Origin: Camelus ferus
Lineage: Eukaryota
DNA: 64,000 bases
Assembly (NCBI RefSeq): GCF_009834535.1
Contig: NC_045697.1
Span: 107,386,001 to 107,450,000, forward strand
Reading direction: 5' to 3'
Shown here: positions 48,961 through 62,895 of the stretch, one piece after another
Numbering within the stretch: the first letter of the stretch is position 1
How the letters are laid out: each line of letters starts with the position of its first letter
The notes under the pieces: model-generated
Databases searched by the model: none
The model's input: only the letters and a program-made list of their open reading frames with translations
What the model was told of the DNA's origin: nothing
Program-made: the position numbers and the translations under genes

Positions 48961-50254
48961 AATAAAAAGCAATGACAAATTGCTTTTTTAAAAAGTCTTT
49001 GGAGATCTGGATCCAGAATAATGTTTTCCTAACACATAATGAATAGTTTCATAGAATTGTATAGCAGGTGGGAAAGTAATTCAGGAGTGCATTATGAAAA
49101 GTATAAGAGAACCTAATTGATAATTAATTAAAAGGAAGAATATTTTGATGGGTAGGAAATTAAATTTCACATGGTTAATATATAAGAAAAAAGGCTCTGT
49201 AATATATTTTGACTTCTTTTCACATGTGTACAGGCACATAAAGCAGATTTCAAGAAACTATTTTATAAACACAAGCCAGAGAAAAGTCTTTGCTTATCAC
49301 TAAACCTGACTAAGTGGAACTGAAGCAAAATCAGAATTGATTACTCAAGTTAATGGGTTGGTGCCTATAAATGACATATAGCTGTATCACAGAAGTTATT
49401 AACTTGATATACTGAATCATCACTAATAATATTTAATTAACAAAAGTTGCTCTTGAAATAAACTTTTCTGATTAATTTCTCCTCTCTGGAATCTTTGGTA
49501 GTTAACAAAACTAAATTTAATACACATCTGAAACTTTTACAATAGTTCACGCAGAGCATACAAAGGTAACAGCTTATAAATTCTCCTTAAGAAGGAAAAT
49601 GAGCATAAGAAACTACGATTCACTATTGTAGTCACTCCTGCTAAAAGACTTCTCCAATGTACTTTGGGCTATTCATTTTCATCTTGTAAATATATTTTAC
49701 CATGCTTTAAAGAACCTTGAAGACCCTGGAAGTCAGAGAAGGAATGAGTATGGAATTCAGGGAGGCAGGGAGATTTAAACAACAGGGGAGCTGGTAAAGG
49801 TAAACTTGGAAGTAAGCTCTTCAATGTGTGTCAGTAACAGGCAAGAAGAAAGGCCATTTGGAGCCAGAACTCTAGTCAAGCAGTCCATCAAAAGAGTTCA
49901 GAACTTAAGCAGAGTTTAAGTAAGATAATGGCACAAAGAGTGCATGGCATCTTAATACCTGGGAACTTTTAAATGCTTCCTGTTAAGGAAAGAATTAAAT
50001 TCTCAAACATGGCCTGAGTTTGCAGTGGAGGTCAGTGGAGTACCAGGCTGAAAGGAAGAGAAGAGCAGTTTTTGACATAAACTAATCCTGACAAGACATT
50101 GAGAGCTGGGTACCTGGGGGAATTTCTAAAATTTGGAGCCATGTATAATATATTCCCCAGAGGATTCTCTAACTTTGCTAGAAAATCAGGATGAGTCGAA
50201 TAAAGCATTTTACCAGCATCCAGGGAAAATCAGTGTTACCAAGTGGCACTGACA

Positions 50255-50680
50255 TTCAGTAGATCATTAGAATGGTTTGCTGCAAATAATTAATAAAACC
50301 CATTCACACTGTGAATAATATTCAAACAATAAGGAAATATATTGTGTCATACAACAAGGAAGTTCAGAGGTAGGGCAAGGTTGATAGATGCCATTGCATT
50401 ACAATAACACAAATGATCCAAGACTTTTTTATCCTTTAATCTGTCATCCTTCACGCTGTCATCCTTCAGACAACAGTTTCGTCCTCAGGCAAGGGAAAGA
50501 TGACAGCAAAAATTTGGGGCATCATAACCCAGACAAGCCAATATCTTGAGAAAGAAGACCACTCTTAGGAGTGAGGAAGTATTTCTAAGAACACTGGCAC
50601 AAGTGGTCACACGCCTAATCTGGATCCAATGACTGACAAGGGAATAGAATAACCATGATTGGTCATCTGGACTGGACTGA
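50255..50680 (-). mobile_element. Old MaLR LTR (MLT1J/K-like)
   Basis: aaacaataaggaaatatattg..tcatacaacaaggaagttcagaggtagggc...ccaatgactgacaagggaatagaataaccatgattgg. Confidence 0.55.
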
Positions 50681-51621
50681 TGTCAGAGCCACTATTTATA
50701 CTGATATTTTGCTTTTGTTGGGATTTCCTCAGTTTCCCCTTATATTGTCTGTAAGTTATTATAAGTTATAATTATTGACAGATACCACTAGAGATATATT
50801 ACTTAATCTTTTTTGCACATCGTTTTGGTAAAGAATATTTTTCTTCACCCAAGCTATGAATCATAACCGAGGTACTACTGACCTCCTGTGATGGTTTGGA
50901 AGGAAACAGAAATCCGATAAACTTGTAAACCAAATTTATAAAGTGGTGAAAACTGCCTGGGAGAGAAATGAATTAACAGTAATGGTAGCACACACATGTG
51001 AAACAGTTTAATCACATGTAAATCAGTGTGATTAAGGTTTAGAATTAATGGTATAAATATTATTGAACTAAAGGGAGCAGGGGATGTGAGAGGGGACACT
51101 GTGACCTGTCTAGATCCTGGGAAGACAGGTATTTAAATTATACAATGACACTTATCTAGCATCACAATGAAGACTGCAAAGACCAAGCAATCCAGGGGTG
51201 ACAAGTGAAGAGTCACAGTGTCCCTGTCCACAAGCAGGCCTGGGTGAACTGTGCCACAGACGCAACCAGAAAGGGTCTATAACTTTCATTCTTAAAAGAA
51301 GTAAAGAAGTTCAAGAAGTTCAAGTCCCACCAAAGATCACTATTTCCAGGCACCCAAATTCACTAGCAGATTTGCTTTTTCATTCCTGGCAGGCCAAACA
51401 AAAGTGTTGACAGAGTTGCAAGCTATTAAATAGTGCAAAATTCCTGAATGAAAGCACCCAAACCAATTTTTTAAAGGAAGGTTATTTTCTATATGTGTTA
51501 AAGGGAAAAACCTCTGAGGGTACAAATCCTAAAGTGAAAGAAAAATACAACAAAATGTAAGGACCCATTTTTTTCCCCCTTGACTTACTCTAATTGATTC
51601 CATTAAGACATCTACTTGTAG

Positions 51622-51862
51622 CAGTGGTATTCAAACTTTTCTGATCATAATGCACAGGAAGAATTACATTTTACATGATGGCCCAACACACACACACCAT
51701 TTTATATTTTTAAAAAACTGAAACAGAAACTCATAAAACAATAGTTAAACTAAGTACATTCTAGTTGTATTCCATTTCATTTAAAAACAAGTGTTGACTG
51801 ACACTCACTAAATTGATTCCATGACCTACTAACGGGTCTGACCTGCAGTTTGGAAAACATTG
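51622..51862. mobile_element. hAT-Charlie-type MITE
   Basis: Imperfect TIRs cagtggtattcaaact ... agtttggaaaacattg. Confidence 0.6.
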
Positions 51863-53365
51863 TGCTATGGTAAATGGATAAGGAGCCCCTGGGTCCCTTA
51901 ATACAAATCCATCTCTGCTCATCCAGAGCAGACAGTGGAGGGCAGGAGACCACCAGTGGACAATGGTGAGAAGTGCTGGGCTGCTTTATCCCCAACTTTG
52001 ATTCTGTAACCTCTGGTCTAAGGTAGAAAGAGCTCCTCTCTTAACTCCCTGTGGCTTAATTAAGTCAAGCTGAAACATTTAAGTAAGATTTTACGAAAGG
52101 CTGAGGGATGACAATAGGCAAATGGACAACAAGCGTAACATGAGCCTAGATGATTTTTGCTAAGATAAGACTCATCTTCAGCTTTGGTGCCTAGGCCTGG
52201 CTGCCTCCCAGCTGCAGAGGTCATCCTTTTTTTTTTCCCCCAGGAAGGCCTCAAAATAAATTCTCAAGAAAACTATAATAGAGTAACTCCCAGCCAAATA
52301 CCTGCAGTTCCCCCTCCTGGACGTCTAGGCCCCACCTCCTCTCTGGAAAAGGCCAGCTCCTTGGGCTCTCACCCCTAACCTCAGGAGTGTGACCTTGCCC
52401 TGCGGCTTTATCTTTCTGAGATGATAATGCAACAGCTTAAAATCTTGGAAGGGATGTACATAAAGAAATCTTTTTGTGAGTTCCCAAAGGACTGACTAAA
52501 ATGAATACGTTCAAACTTCCCGAAAGCCAGTTAAGTTTACCCTGACCCTTCTGAAAGAAGAGACACATGATTAGAGCATCAAAAACACCATGCTTCTCAA
52601 TTTCAACTTTTTTTTTTTTCCTTCTTGAGAACACAGGCTTTGGAGATAGGTGTGAAGTCCAACCCACCTCACCTTCAAGGACAGATTTCTTATTCTCTCT
52701 GAACCCCAGCTTACCCATCCATAAGTTGGACCTAAGTAGTACTCACTTCACAAATCTGTAAAGAGGATTAGGTGAGCTAATGAGAAAATATGTATGATTC
52801 ACCTAAACAATGATCAGGACACGGCAGTTGCTGCTTATCTGAGGCCAGTTGGATATAGACTAAAAAAACCAAACACTGTCAACTCCTTGCTTAACAACAA
52901 CAAAAAGTCCTAGGCTGCCTGCTATTTCCTGGCCTGATGTTTTGTTTGGGGAAACTCTAGATATGCCTGTATCTAGAAGGATGCTGCTATGTATAGTCTG
53001 GTCTGCTAACTCTTGCTGTAACAGAAGTCTGGTTGTAGGTGCAGTAGATCTATAAAAGACAGAAGGGCAAATACAGGCTTTTATGTTTCTTTCCATTCCC
53101 ACCATGCCCAATTTAGAACCTCAAGGGGCTCAAGACCACTAAGAGGCCTCGTGCCTCAGTCCATCTCTCTCCAGTGAAGCTTGTGATGCCAGATGGATTT
53201 CCTAAAGCACAGTTCTGAATGCGTCACTTCATTGCTCAATAAATTACCTTGGCTCCCCGTTAACCTACTACAGCCAACTCTAAACTGTGTATTTTGGTAT
53301 TTGGCATACTATAAGCAGGAAAAGTTTCTAATTTGCTTTTGTTTTGTGAAATAAAATTCATATTC

Positions 53366-53798
53366 TATGGCAGGACAAGAAAAATTTTAAGTAAACATCT
53401 TTATGTTTGGCCTCTTTCCACTCTCCTGTGCGTTGTGTATCTGCATTTTGCATCGACCAAACCTCCCTCAATCGGCAGAAATACCTGCTCAACCACGAAG
53501 AGCAACATTCTCCTAATATCTACAAGACAACTCTTTAAAAGATAACATTCCTTTTTGATCTTATAAGAGGTCACAGTGACCCACCACTTGGTACTTGCAG
53601 ATTTGGATTGTGTAAACTGCCAATTAGCGTACAGCCCTCTCTGTCTCAAAAAAGCTCACATAACTGTTTTGGCCTTTAACAGGCGGGACAGTTCTCAGAG
53701 CTTTTGAGAGGCTATTTCCAGGTTGTAATCCTCAACCTGACTCAAATGAAATTTTCCATTTCTTTCTTTCTTAGAGTGGCTGATTAATTTTTTTGACA
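53366..53798 (+). mobile_element. ERV1-type solo LTR
   Basis: The 3' end acagttctcagagctt...taatcctcaa...aaattttccatttctttc...tgattaatttttttgaCA resembles ERV1 LTR termini; TSD not clear. Confidence 0.6.
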
Positions 53799-53844
53799 GT
53801 TGTTTAAAAACATTTAAAAATCCATTTTTATTGTTGAAGTCAGT

Positions 53845-53989
53845 TTGCTTTCTTTTTGGTTTTGTTTTGTTATTTTGTATTTGGAGGGGGTAATTTGTTT
53901 ATCTATTTATTTTAATGGAGGTACTGGGATTGAACCCAGGACCTCGAGCATGCTAAGCACATGCTCTACCACTGAGCTATACCCTCCCC
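53845..53989 (-). mobile_element. tRNA-derived SINE (Vic-1-like)
   Basis: atggaggtactgggattgaacccaggacctcgagcatgctaagcacatgctctaccactgagctataccctcccc. Confidence 0.9.
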
Positions 53990-55548
53990 AAGTTAGCATT
54001 TTTTTATTAGAAATGTTTTATTTCTTAAACTGGATGGCAGGTAAATGGGTTTTGTTTTCATCATTGTTATTGTGGGAAAATATACTAAAAAAATGAACCG
54101 TTAGTGACATTTAGTGTATTCGCAATGTTATGCAACCATCACCACTATCTAGTTCCTGGATATTTTTACCATCCTGAAAGGAAATTTTGTACCCATTATC
54201 AGTCATTCCTCATTTCTCTCTCCCCTTGCCCCCAGCCCTGGGGAATCACTAATCAGTTCTACATCTTTAAGGATTTGCCAGCTCTGGTTATTTCAATAAA
54301 TGGAATCATATTTGGCCTTTTGTGTCTGGATTCTTTTGCTTAGCAAAATATTTACAAGATTCTCTATGTTGTAGCATGTACCATTCTTTTTTGTTGGATG
54401 AATAATATTCTACTGCATGGATATACCATCTTTTGTTTCTCCATTTATCTGTTGATGTACATTTGGGTCATTCCCACCTTTTGGCTATTGTGAACAGTGC
54501 TGCTATGAATATTTGTGAGCAAGTTTTGGCTTTCAGTTCTTTAGGTTATATACCCAGGAGTGGAATTGCCAGATCATATGGAAACTCTAACAGTTTGAAA
54601 AGCTGCCAATCTGTTTTGCAAAGTGACTGCACCATTTTACATTCCTACCAGCAGTGAGTGTAAAAATGTTCTGATTTCTCAGCATCCTCACCAATATTTG
54701 TTATTATCTGACTTTTTGATTACTACCATCCTAGTGGATGTGAAGTATTATCTCATGGTGATTTTGATTTGCATTTCCCTAATAACTATCAATGTAATTC
54801 AGTTTTACATATGCTTCTTTTGGCCATTTGTATATCTTCTTTGGAGAAATGTCTACTCAGATCCTTTGTCCATTTTTAATTGGATTATCAGTCTTTAATA
54901 CTGAGTTGATAGTTTCTATATATTCTAGATACAATTCCCTTATCAAATATATGATTTGCAAATGTTTTCTCCCATTCAGTGGATTATTTTTTCACTTTAC
55001 TAATAGTGTCATTTGAAGCAGAAAATTTTTTAATTTTGATGAAACCCAATTTGTCTATTTTTCATTTTGGTTCATACTTTTGGTGCCACAACTAAGAATC
55101 TATTGTCAAATTTGAGGTCAAGAGGACTTACTTCAATTATTTTCTGTTGTACAAATTTAGCTATTAAATTTAGATTTTTGATCTATTTTTAGTTAATTTT
55201 TATATATGGTATTAGATAAGGATCCAACTTCATTCCTTCACATGTGACTATCCAGTTATCCCAGCATCATTTACTGAAAAGACTATTCTTTCCCCACTGA
55301 ATGGTCTTGGTAATCATTTTGAAAATCAGTTGACCATAGACACATGGGTTTATTTCTATTTATGTATTTATTTTGTACTTCTTTTATTAAATTTATTCCT
55401 AAGCATTTTATTCTTTTTGATGCCATTGTAAGTAGAATTGTTTCTTAATTTCATTTTCTGACAGATCACCGCTAATGTATAAAAATATTGATTCTTGTAT
55501 ATCAATCTTGCATTCTGCAACATAACTGTATTAGTGTAACAGCTTTAA

Positions 55549-56107
55549 TTTTTTTTTGAGGTATAGTCAGTTTACGGTGTTGTATCAATTTCTGGTGTAC
55601 AGCATAGTGCTTCAGTTTTACATGAATATACATATATTCGTTTTCATATTCTTTTTCACTGTAAGCTACTATAAGATATCAAATATAGTTCCCTGTGCTA
55701 TACAGTATAAATTTGTTTATCTATTTTATATATACCAGTTAGTATCTGCAAATCTTGAACTCCCAGTTTATCTCTTCCCACCCCCTTTCCCACTGGTAAC
55801 CATAAGTTTGTTTTCTATGTCTGTGAGTCTGTTTCTGTTTTATATATAAGTTCGTTTGTCTTTTTTTTTTTTTAGATTCCACATATGAGTGATATCTTAC
55901 GGTATTTTTCTTTCTCTTTCTGGCTTATGTCATTTAGAATCACATTCTCCAGGGCTATCCATGTTGCTGCAAATGGCATTATTTTATTCTTTTTTCTGAC
56001 TGAGTAGTATTCCATTGTATAAATATACCACAACTTCTTTATCCAGTCATCTGTCAATGGACATTTAGGTTGTTTCCCTGCCTTGGCTATTGTAAATAGT
56101 GCTGCTT
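55549..56107 (-). mobile_element. Younger L1 3' end
   Basis: ORF 55872 ([29 protein letters not shown]); same 3'UTR type as the L1 at 28306-30270. Confidence 0.9.
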
Positions 56108-56117
56108 CTCATTGTGT

Positions 56118-56148
<31 letters not shown>

Positions 56149-56524
56149 CGCTTTTCACTTGATTTTCTCTATATAAGATCATGTCATTTGTGAATATGGC
56201 TTTACTTCTTCCTTTCCAATCTTAATTCTTTTCATTTCTTTTTCTTGCCTAATTCCCCTGCTAGACCCTCTAGCATAATATTGAGTAGAAGTAGCAAGAA
56301 TGGACTTCCTTGTCTTATTTCTGAACTTTGAGGGGAATCATACAGTCTTTTACCTTTAAGTATACTCTTGGCTGTGGGCTTTTCATGGGTGCTCTTTATC
56401 AGGCTGAGGTATTTCCTCTCTATTCCTGTTTGTTTCTATCATGAAAAGCTGTTGGACTTTGTCAAGGCTTTTTCTGCATGTATTGAGATGATCATGTAGT
56501 TTTTGCTTTTTTTAAATTAAAGTA

Positions 56525-56640
56525 CAGAGGGGATGGGATAGCTCAGTAGTAGAGTGCATGCTTAGGATGCATGAGGTCCTGAGTTCAAGCCCCAGTACCT
56601 CCATTCAATAAATATACCTAATTACCCCCCCAAAATAAAC
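56525..56640 (+). mobile_element. tRNA-derived SINE (Vic-1-like)
   Basis: gatagctcagtagtagagtgcatgcttagg...gagttcaagcccc; TSD aaattaaagta at 56514-56524 and 56641-56651. Confidence 0.88.
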
Positions 56641-57231
56641 AAATTAAAGTATAACTGATTTACAATATTGTGTTAGATTCAGGTGTACAGCAAAGTGATT
56701 CAGTTTTACATATATATATATATATATATTTTTTTTCAATTCATTTCCATTATAATTACAAGATATTGAATATAGTTCCCTATGCTATACCATAAATCCT
56801 TGTTATCTATTTTATATATCATAGTATGCATCTGTTAATTGCCTACTCCCAATTTATCCTTCCATCTCCCTTTCCCTTTGATAAACATAATTTGTTTTCT
56901 ATGCTATGAGTCTGTTTCTGTTTTGTCTTTTTTCCCCCTAATTGTATACTTAAACTTTATCTTCAGAAAGAAATGGTATATGGTACATCTGGGTATGAAG
57001 AAAGATCAGGTCATTTTTTTCATACTCAGAACCCTACGGTTATTCCTCCACAGTAGAGTTCTAGCAGTCTGTCAGTCTTCTAGCAACAAATTCTATGGAG
57101 ATACCATCACAGAATCATCTGTAGAATCCATTCCCTCCTCTCTACTTTCACTGCCACCATCTCCTGAACAAGCCTAGTAATTTTTTGAGATTGGACTCAT
57201 CAAATTGTAAGGGCTTAGAACCTAGTATCTT

Positions 57232-57308
57232 TCTTTTTAAATTGACATATAGTTGACTTATAATATTGTGTTAGTTTCAGTTGTATAGCAAAAGTGATTC
57301 CATTTTAC

Positions 57309-57342
<34 letters not shown>

Positions 57343-57716
57343 ATATTCTTTTCCAGATTCTTCTCCATTATAGGTTATTACAAGATATTGAGTATAGTTC
57401 CCTGTGCTGTACAGTAGGTCCTTGTGGTTTATCTTTGTTATATATAGTAGTTAGTATCTGCAAATCCCAAACTCCTGATTTATCCCTCCCCTCCTTTCCC
57501 CTTTGGTAACCATAAATTCGTTTTCTATGTCTGTGAGTTTATTTCTGTTTTATAAAGAGGTTCATTTGTATTTTTCTAGTTTCCACATATAAGTGATAAC
57601 ATATGATATTTGTCTTTCTGTCTGACTTACTTCACTTAATATGATAATTTCTAGGTCCATTCATGTTGCTGCAAAGGGTATTATTTAATTCTTTTTTCAT
57701 GGCTGAGTAATATTCT

Positions 57717-57777
<61 letters not shown>

Positions 57778-58356
57778 TACATCTTTATCTATTCATCTAT
57801 TGATAGACACTTAGGTTGCTTCCATGTCTTGGATATTGTAAATAGTGCCACTGTGAACACTGGGGTGCATGTATCTTTTCCAATTAGAGTTTTCTCCAGA
57901 TATACACCCAGGAGTGGGATTGCTGGATCATATGATAACTCTGTTTTTAGTTTTTTAAGGAACATCTATACTGTTATCCATAGTGGCTATACCAATTTAC
58001 ATTCTCATCAACAGTGTAGGAGGGTTCCCTTTTTTCTATACCTTCTCCAGCATTTATTATTTGTAGACTTTTTTTGATGATGGCCATTCTGACTGGTGTG
58101 AGGTATACCTCATTGACATTTTGATTTGCATTCCTCTAATAGTTAGCGATTCTGAGCATCTTTTCATGTGCCTGCTGGCCATCTGTATGTCTTTAAAGAA
58201 ATGTCTATTCAGGTCCTCTGCCCATTTTTTGATTGGGTCATTTGTTTTTTGTTATTGAGTTGTATAAGCTATTTGTGTATTTTGGAAATTAAGCCCTTGA
58301 TGGTCACATCATTCACAAATATTTTCTCCCAGTTCATAGGTTGTCTTTTCATTTTG
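57232..58356 (-). mobile_element. 5'-truncated L1 (~1.1 kb)
   Basis: Antisense ORF2 C-terminus and 3'UTR with internal (TG)n and (TA)n expansions. Confidence 0.9.
57721..57776. repeat. (TA)28 microsatellite
   Basis: Read directly from the sequence. Confidence 0.95.
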
Positions 58357-60159
58357 GTTTTTGCTTTTAATTCTGTTGATATGGTGTATTACATGTATTA
58401 ACCTGGGGATATTACACCAATTTTACCTTCCTGAAATATAACCCATTTGGTCATGGTGTATAATTCTTTTATATGTTACCAAGTTTGACTTGCTAGTATT
58501 CTGATGAGGACTTTTGCATTCATATTCATAAGAGATAGTGAGTTTTAGTTTTCTTTCTGTGATAGCTTTGCCTAGTTTTGTTATCAGGGTACTTATGCCC
58601 TTATAGGATGACTTGGAAAGTGTTCCCATATCCTCTATTTTTTGCAATAAACTGGTATTAATTCTTCTTTAAATGTCTGGTAGAATTCACCAGTGAAGCC
58701 ATCTGGGCCTTGACTTTTCTTTGTGGGTAGACTTTTTATTACTAATTCAATGTTTGTTATGGGTCTGTTAAGACTGCCTATTTCTTCTTGAGTCAGTTTT
58801 GGTAGTGTCTTTATAGGAATCTGTTCATTTCATCTAAGTTATCTAATTTATCTAATTTATTGGCATACAATTGTTCATAGCATTCCATTATAATCTTTTT
58901 ATTTCTGTAAGGCCAGCAATAATATTTCATTTCTGATTCAAGTAATTTGAGTCTTAAAAAATTTTTTTTCTTGGTCAGTCCTGGCTAAAGGTTTGCCAGT
59001 TTTGTTGATCTTGTTAAAGGATTAACTTTTGTTTCTATTTATTTTCTCTATTTTTCTATGCTCCATGTCATTAATTTCCTCCCTAATCTTTATTATTTCC
59101 TTCCTTACTTGCCTAAGATTTAGTTTGCTCTTCCTTTTAGTTGCTTTCCTTAAGGTAGAAGGTTAAGCTACTGATTAGAGATCTTTCTTCTCCTTTAATA
59201 CGGGCATTTTGGTGATTAAATTATCTCGTAAGTGTTGCTTTCGCTAACTCTGTAAGTTTGGACGTGTTGTGCTTTCATTTTCATTCATCTCAAAGTGTTT
59301 TCTAATTTCTCTTTTGCTTTCTTCTTTGACTCTTTGCGTATTCATGAGTGTGTTGTTTAATTTCAACATACTTGTGAGTTTCCCCAATTCCTTCTGTTAT
59401 TGATTTCTAATTTCACTCCTTTATTTGTTGGAGAACATACTTTATACTATTTCTCTCCTCTGAAATGTACTGAGGTTTGTTTTATGGCTTAGCGTATAGT
59501 CTGTCCTGGAGAATCTCCCATGTGTATTTAAGAAGACTGCATTTTGCTGTTGTTGGGTGGAGTGCTCTATAGACATCTATTAGATCTAGTTGGTTTGTAG
59601 CATTGTTCAAGTCATCTATTTCTTTATTGCTCTTCTATCCAGTTGTTCTAGCTGTTTTTGAAAATAGAATATAGAAGTATCCAATTATTATTGTAGAAAT
59701 ATTTTTCTTTTCATTTCTGTAAGTTTTTGCCTTATGTATTTTGATGGTCTGTTGTTGGATGCATGTAAGTTTACAATTTTTATAGCTTTCTAATAGATTG
59801 ACTCTTTTATCATTATGAAATACCCCTCCATCTCTAATAACATTTTTTGCTAAGCTGTTAAGTCTATTTTGTATAATATTAGTGACTCTAGTTTCTTTTG
59901 CTGTTTGCATGATATATCCTTTTCCATTCCTTTATTTTCAATTTATTTGTATTTTTTTAATATAAAGTGTATCTCCTGTAGGCAGTATAGTGTTGAATCT
60001 TTTGTAAAAATCCAGTCCGATAATGTCTGCCTTTTGACTGGATTGGTTAATCCATTCAAATGTAATGTTATTGGACTGCATTTACATTTGCCATTTTTGT
60101 TTTCTGTATGTCTCATGTTTTTCGTTCTTCTAACTATTTTTTAGAGCATAAACTAAAAA

Positions 60160-60162
<3 letters not shown>

Positions 60163-60210
<48 letters not shown>
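60163..60210. repeat. (GT)24 microsatellite
   Basis: Read directly from the sequence. Confidence 0.95.
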
Positions 60211-60212
<2 letters not shown>

Positions 60213-60626
60213 CAAGAGGGGTAACCTGAGTTGTTCCCTAGGCAATATAGGCTGAGTTTCCAACCCAATGTTGAATACAGTATCTTTGATACTAGGTGAT
60301 GAATACAGCAGAGCCTTGCCCAGTGGTTCTTAAAATGTGGAGCAAGACCAGGAGAGGCAACATCATCTGGGAATTTGTTAGAGGAAAAAAATTGATCTCT
60401 GTGCTCAAAGTTGGGTTTGGATCCCAGCTTAATGTTTACAGCTGTGTGATTTGGGGCAAGTCACTAAACCACTGGGTTTTGTTTTCTTATTTAATAATCC
60501 TGTCTTACCTTGTTGTTGTGAAGACTGTAAGAGATTAATTGAGATAATGTAAATAATTCTACTACCAGAATAGGACTTCCACAATATTAATTTTCTTTCT
60601 CACTACCATAACATAACAAAAGCTTC

Positions 60627-60903
60627 AGGGGAAAAGGGGTGGGAAGGAATAAATTTGGGAGTTTGAGATTTGCAAATGTTAACCACTATGTATAAAAACA
60701 GATAAAAAACAAATTTATTCTGTTTAGCACATGGAACTATATTCTATATCTTGTAATAGCCTTTAATGAAAAAGAATATGATAATGAACATATGTATATA
60801 TATGCAAACTGGGACATTATGCTGTACATCAGAAATTGACACACTGTAACTAACTATACTTCAAATAAATAAGTTGATTAATTAAAAAGAAAGGTTTAAA
60901 AAG
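60627..60903 (+). mobile_element. Short L1 3' end
   Basis: aaatttgggagtttgagatttgcaaa...aactatacttcaa; flanked by aagcttc at 60620-60626 and 60904-60910. Confidence 0.85.
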
Positions 60904-61219
60904 AAGCTTCTACCTGTTTTACCCATATTGTCAGTGTAATTACCAGCAGCTTAAATAACTTAAACCACTTCTCATTTTAGCAATTATTGAGAAGGAAAAA
61001 TGCAGAAACAGAAATAGGAATAGAAAACATGAGGTTGTGTGGTAGGTTGGCAGAGAAAAAGAGAAATTCAGTCTAAGCTCATCTTTCAAGATGTCCAGAA
61101 AAATTAGGTGGCAATTTAAATACTATACTGGATGTTGATGTACAGTCAAGGCCTGAAATTGTAGCAATTAAAAAAAATTATTGTTTCTCTGTAGTTTTTG
61201 CTTTTCCTGAGAGCATGGC

Positions 61220-61345
61220 AATAATCCTGTGAGGCAGGTAGGGCAGGCATTACTATCTCCATTTTGCAGGGACCTAAAGCTCAGAGGGATTAAGTGACTT
61301 GCCTGTGATTACAGGACTAGTTGGTGGGGAAGCTGGAATTGAAGT
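61220..61345 (-). mobile_element. MIR
   Basis: aataatcctgtgagg...ccattttgcagg...gctcagagggattaagtgacttgcc. Confidence 0.7.
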
Positions 61346-62459
61346 CATGTCAGTTAATTGCAAATTACATAGTTATCACAGTTTTTGAGAAGTTCTCAAA
61401 ATAAAGAATATACTGAGAGGATAAAGGTCACACTATGTATCTAAATAATACTATTGGATGAATAAATATCTGATTTACAAGTAAAAATCTTGTTATAATG
61501 AACATTACTGCAGAGATCCTATTTAAGAGGGTATCCATGCTATTTGCAATACAGATTTCAGGAGCTGAGGGTAGGAAGTGTATATGTGGATATATTATTA
61601 TGCACAATCTTTTTAAAGTCTCCATAATTTAATTTGACTTTATGGTGGTACATATATTGCTGTTTTACTGTACCATTTGAATGTGTCATATACTGATCAG
61701 GGCAGATGTAAGTGTACAGGACTACGTCACTCAAGCTCCTTAGTATATTAGACCATAAGATTCTTGAGGGCAGCTTATGTTTTATATGCCCTGATTTCAT
61801 AATACCTACCACTAATGAATGAAATAAATATACACTTTTTTTAAGTAAATGCACTTAAAAAAATTACTCTTTATTTACTCCTCTCTTGTCAAAAGCACCT
61901 TTCTCTATTTTTGACCTATTCTCTCCTGTTAGGCAAAAATATTTCCACCTAGGCCCAGACTAAATTCCCTCCAGAACTAAAATCCTTTCTTTCCTGGACC
62001 ACTGGTTTATCCCTTAAGCGACAGTTCAAAGCAACTCTCTGTCATTCGAACCCTATGTTGGGACCCCTTGAACTGTTCACATAAATTTGCTTACCATCAC
62101 TTCCACTAGCCCACTCAGTTCTTATGAACCAAGTTCATGATCAAAATCAGCCCATTCGAGGTTCTTTCTGGTGCTCCCTGATTCCAAGCCTTTTATATCT
62201 GCAGCATCTTTCATGTATTCATGATTGTACTCCATATTTTAATAGAGAATGGTTATCCAGTTAAGAAAAAAATGAAGTCTATATAATTCTTATTTATGCT
62301 TGTAAATGTATTGTTAATGAGTAGCTGTTGGAAATAATGTCCCTTTTGGGGTATAAGGGTGAGAGGAATAGCAAAAAAGAAACAATCTTTTTTTTGAACA
62401 CCTACTTTGCATCACTTTCCATGCACTTAATTTTCAAAAGTAATTTACAAGTAAGGCGG

Positions 62460-62895
62460 ATAGAGACAAATTATTCCTAAATATCCATTCTTCCCTTTTT
62501 GAAAAGTAATAGAATGCTTGGGCACATGGCTATCTAGCTAAGGTCTACATCTCCCAGCCCCTCCTACAGCTAAGTATGTCAAAGTTATACGAGCAGAGTG
62601 GATGTGTGGAACTTGTATATGGTATTATGCAAGTAAAGGAATATGCCTTCCTCTTTGCTTTTTCCTCTCCCTGCTGGATTAAATGTTAACTTTTCATTTG
62701 CGCCACACAAATGAAAGTAACATGTAGATGGCAGAATAATCAGAGTGATGAAACCTTTGAAATCTAAGTCCCCAGTAGCATGCAGCTGATGCATCAGCCC
62801 TGGACTGTATACTGCTTGGACTGTCACGTAAGTAAGAAATAATTTTCACCTTGTATATGCCACTATTTTTGAAGTCCTGTTATGATTCCTGAATC
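62460..62895 (+). mobile_element. Old MaLR/ERVL-type LTR (MLT1I/J-like)
   Basis: catctcccagcccctcctacagctaag...cagccctggactg...gaaataattttcaccttgtatatgccactattt. Confidence 0.5.

Larger units (their letters stand above)
54090..60130 (-). mobile_element. Old L1 (3' end at ~54090, endonuclease region near 60000) hosting younger L1 and SINE insertions
   Basis: Continuous antisense ORF2 remnants (e.g. ORF 58423 YKRIIHHDQMGYISG, ORF 59635 STIIIGYFYILFS); nested elements at ~55549-56107 and 56511-58356. Confidence 0.88.
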
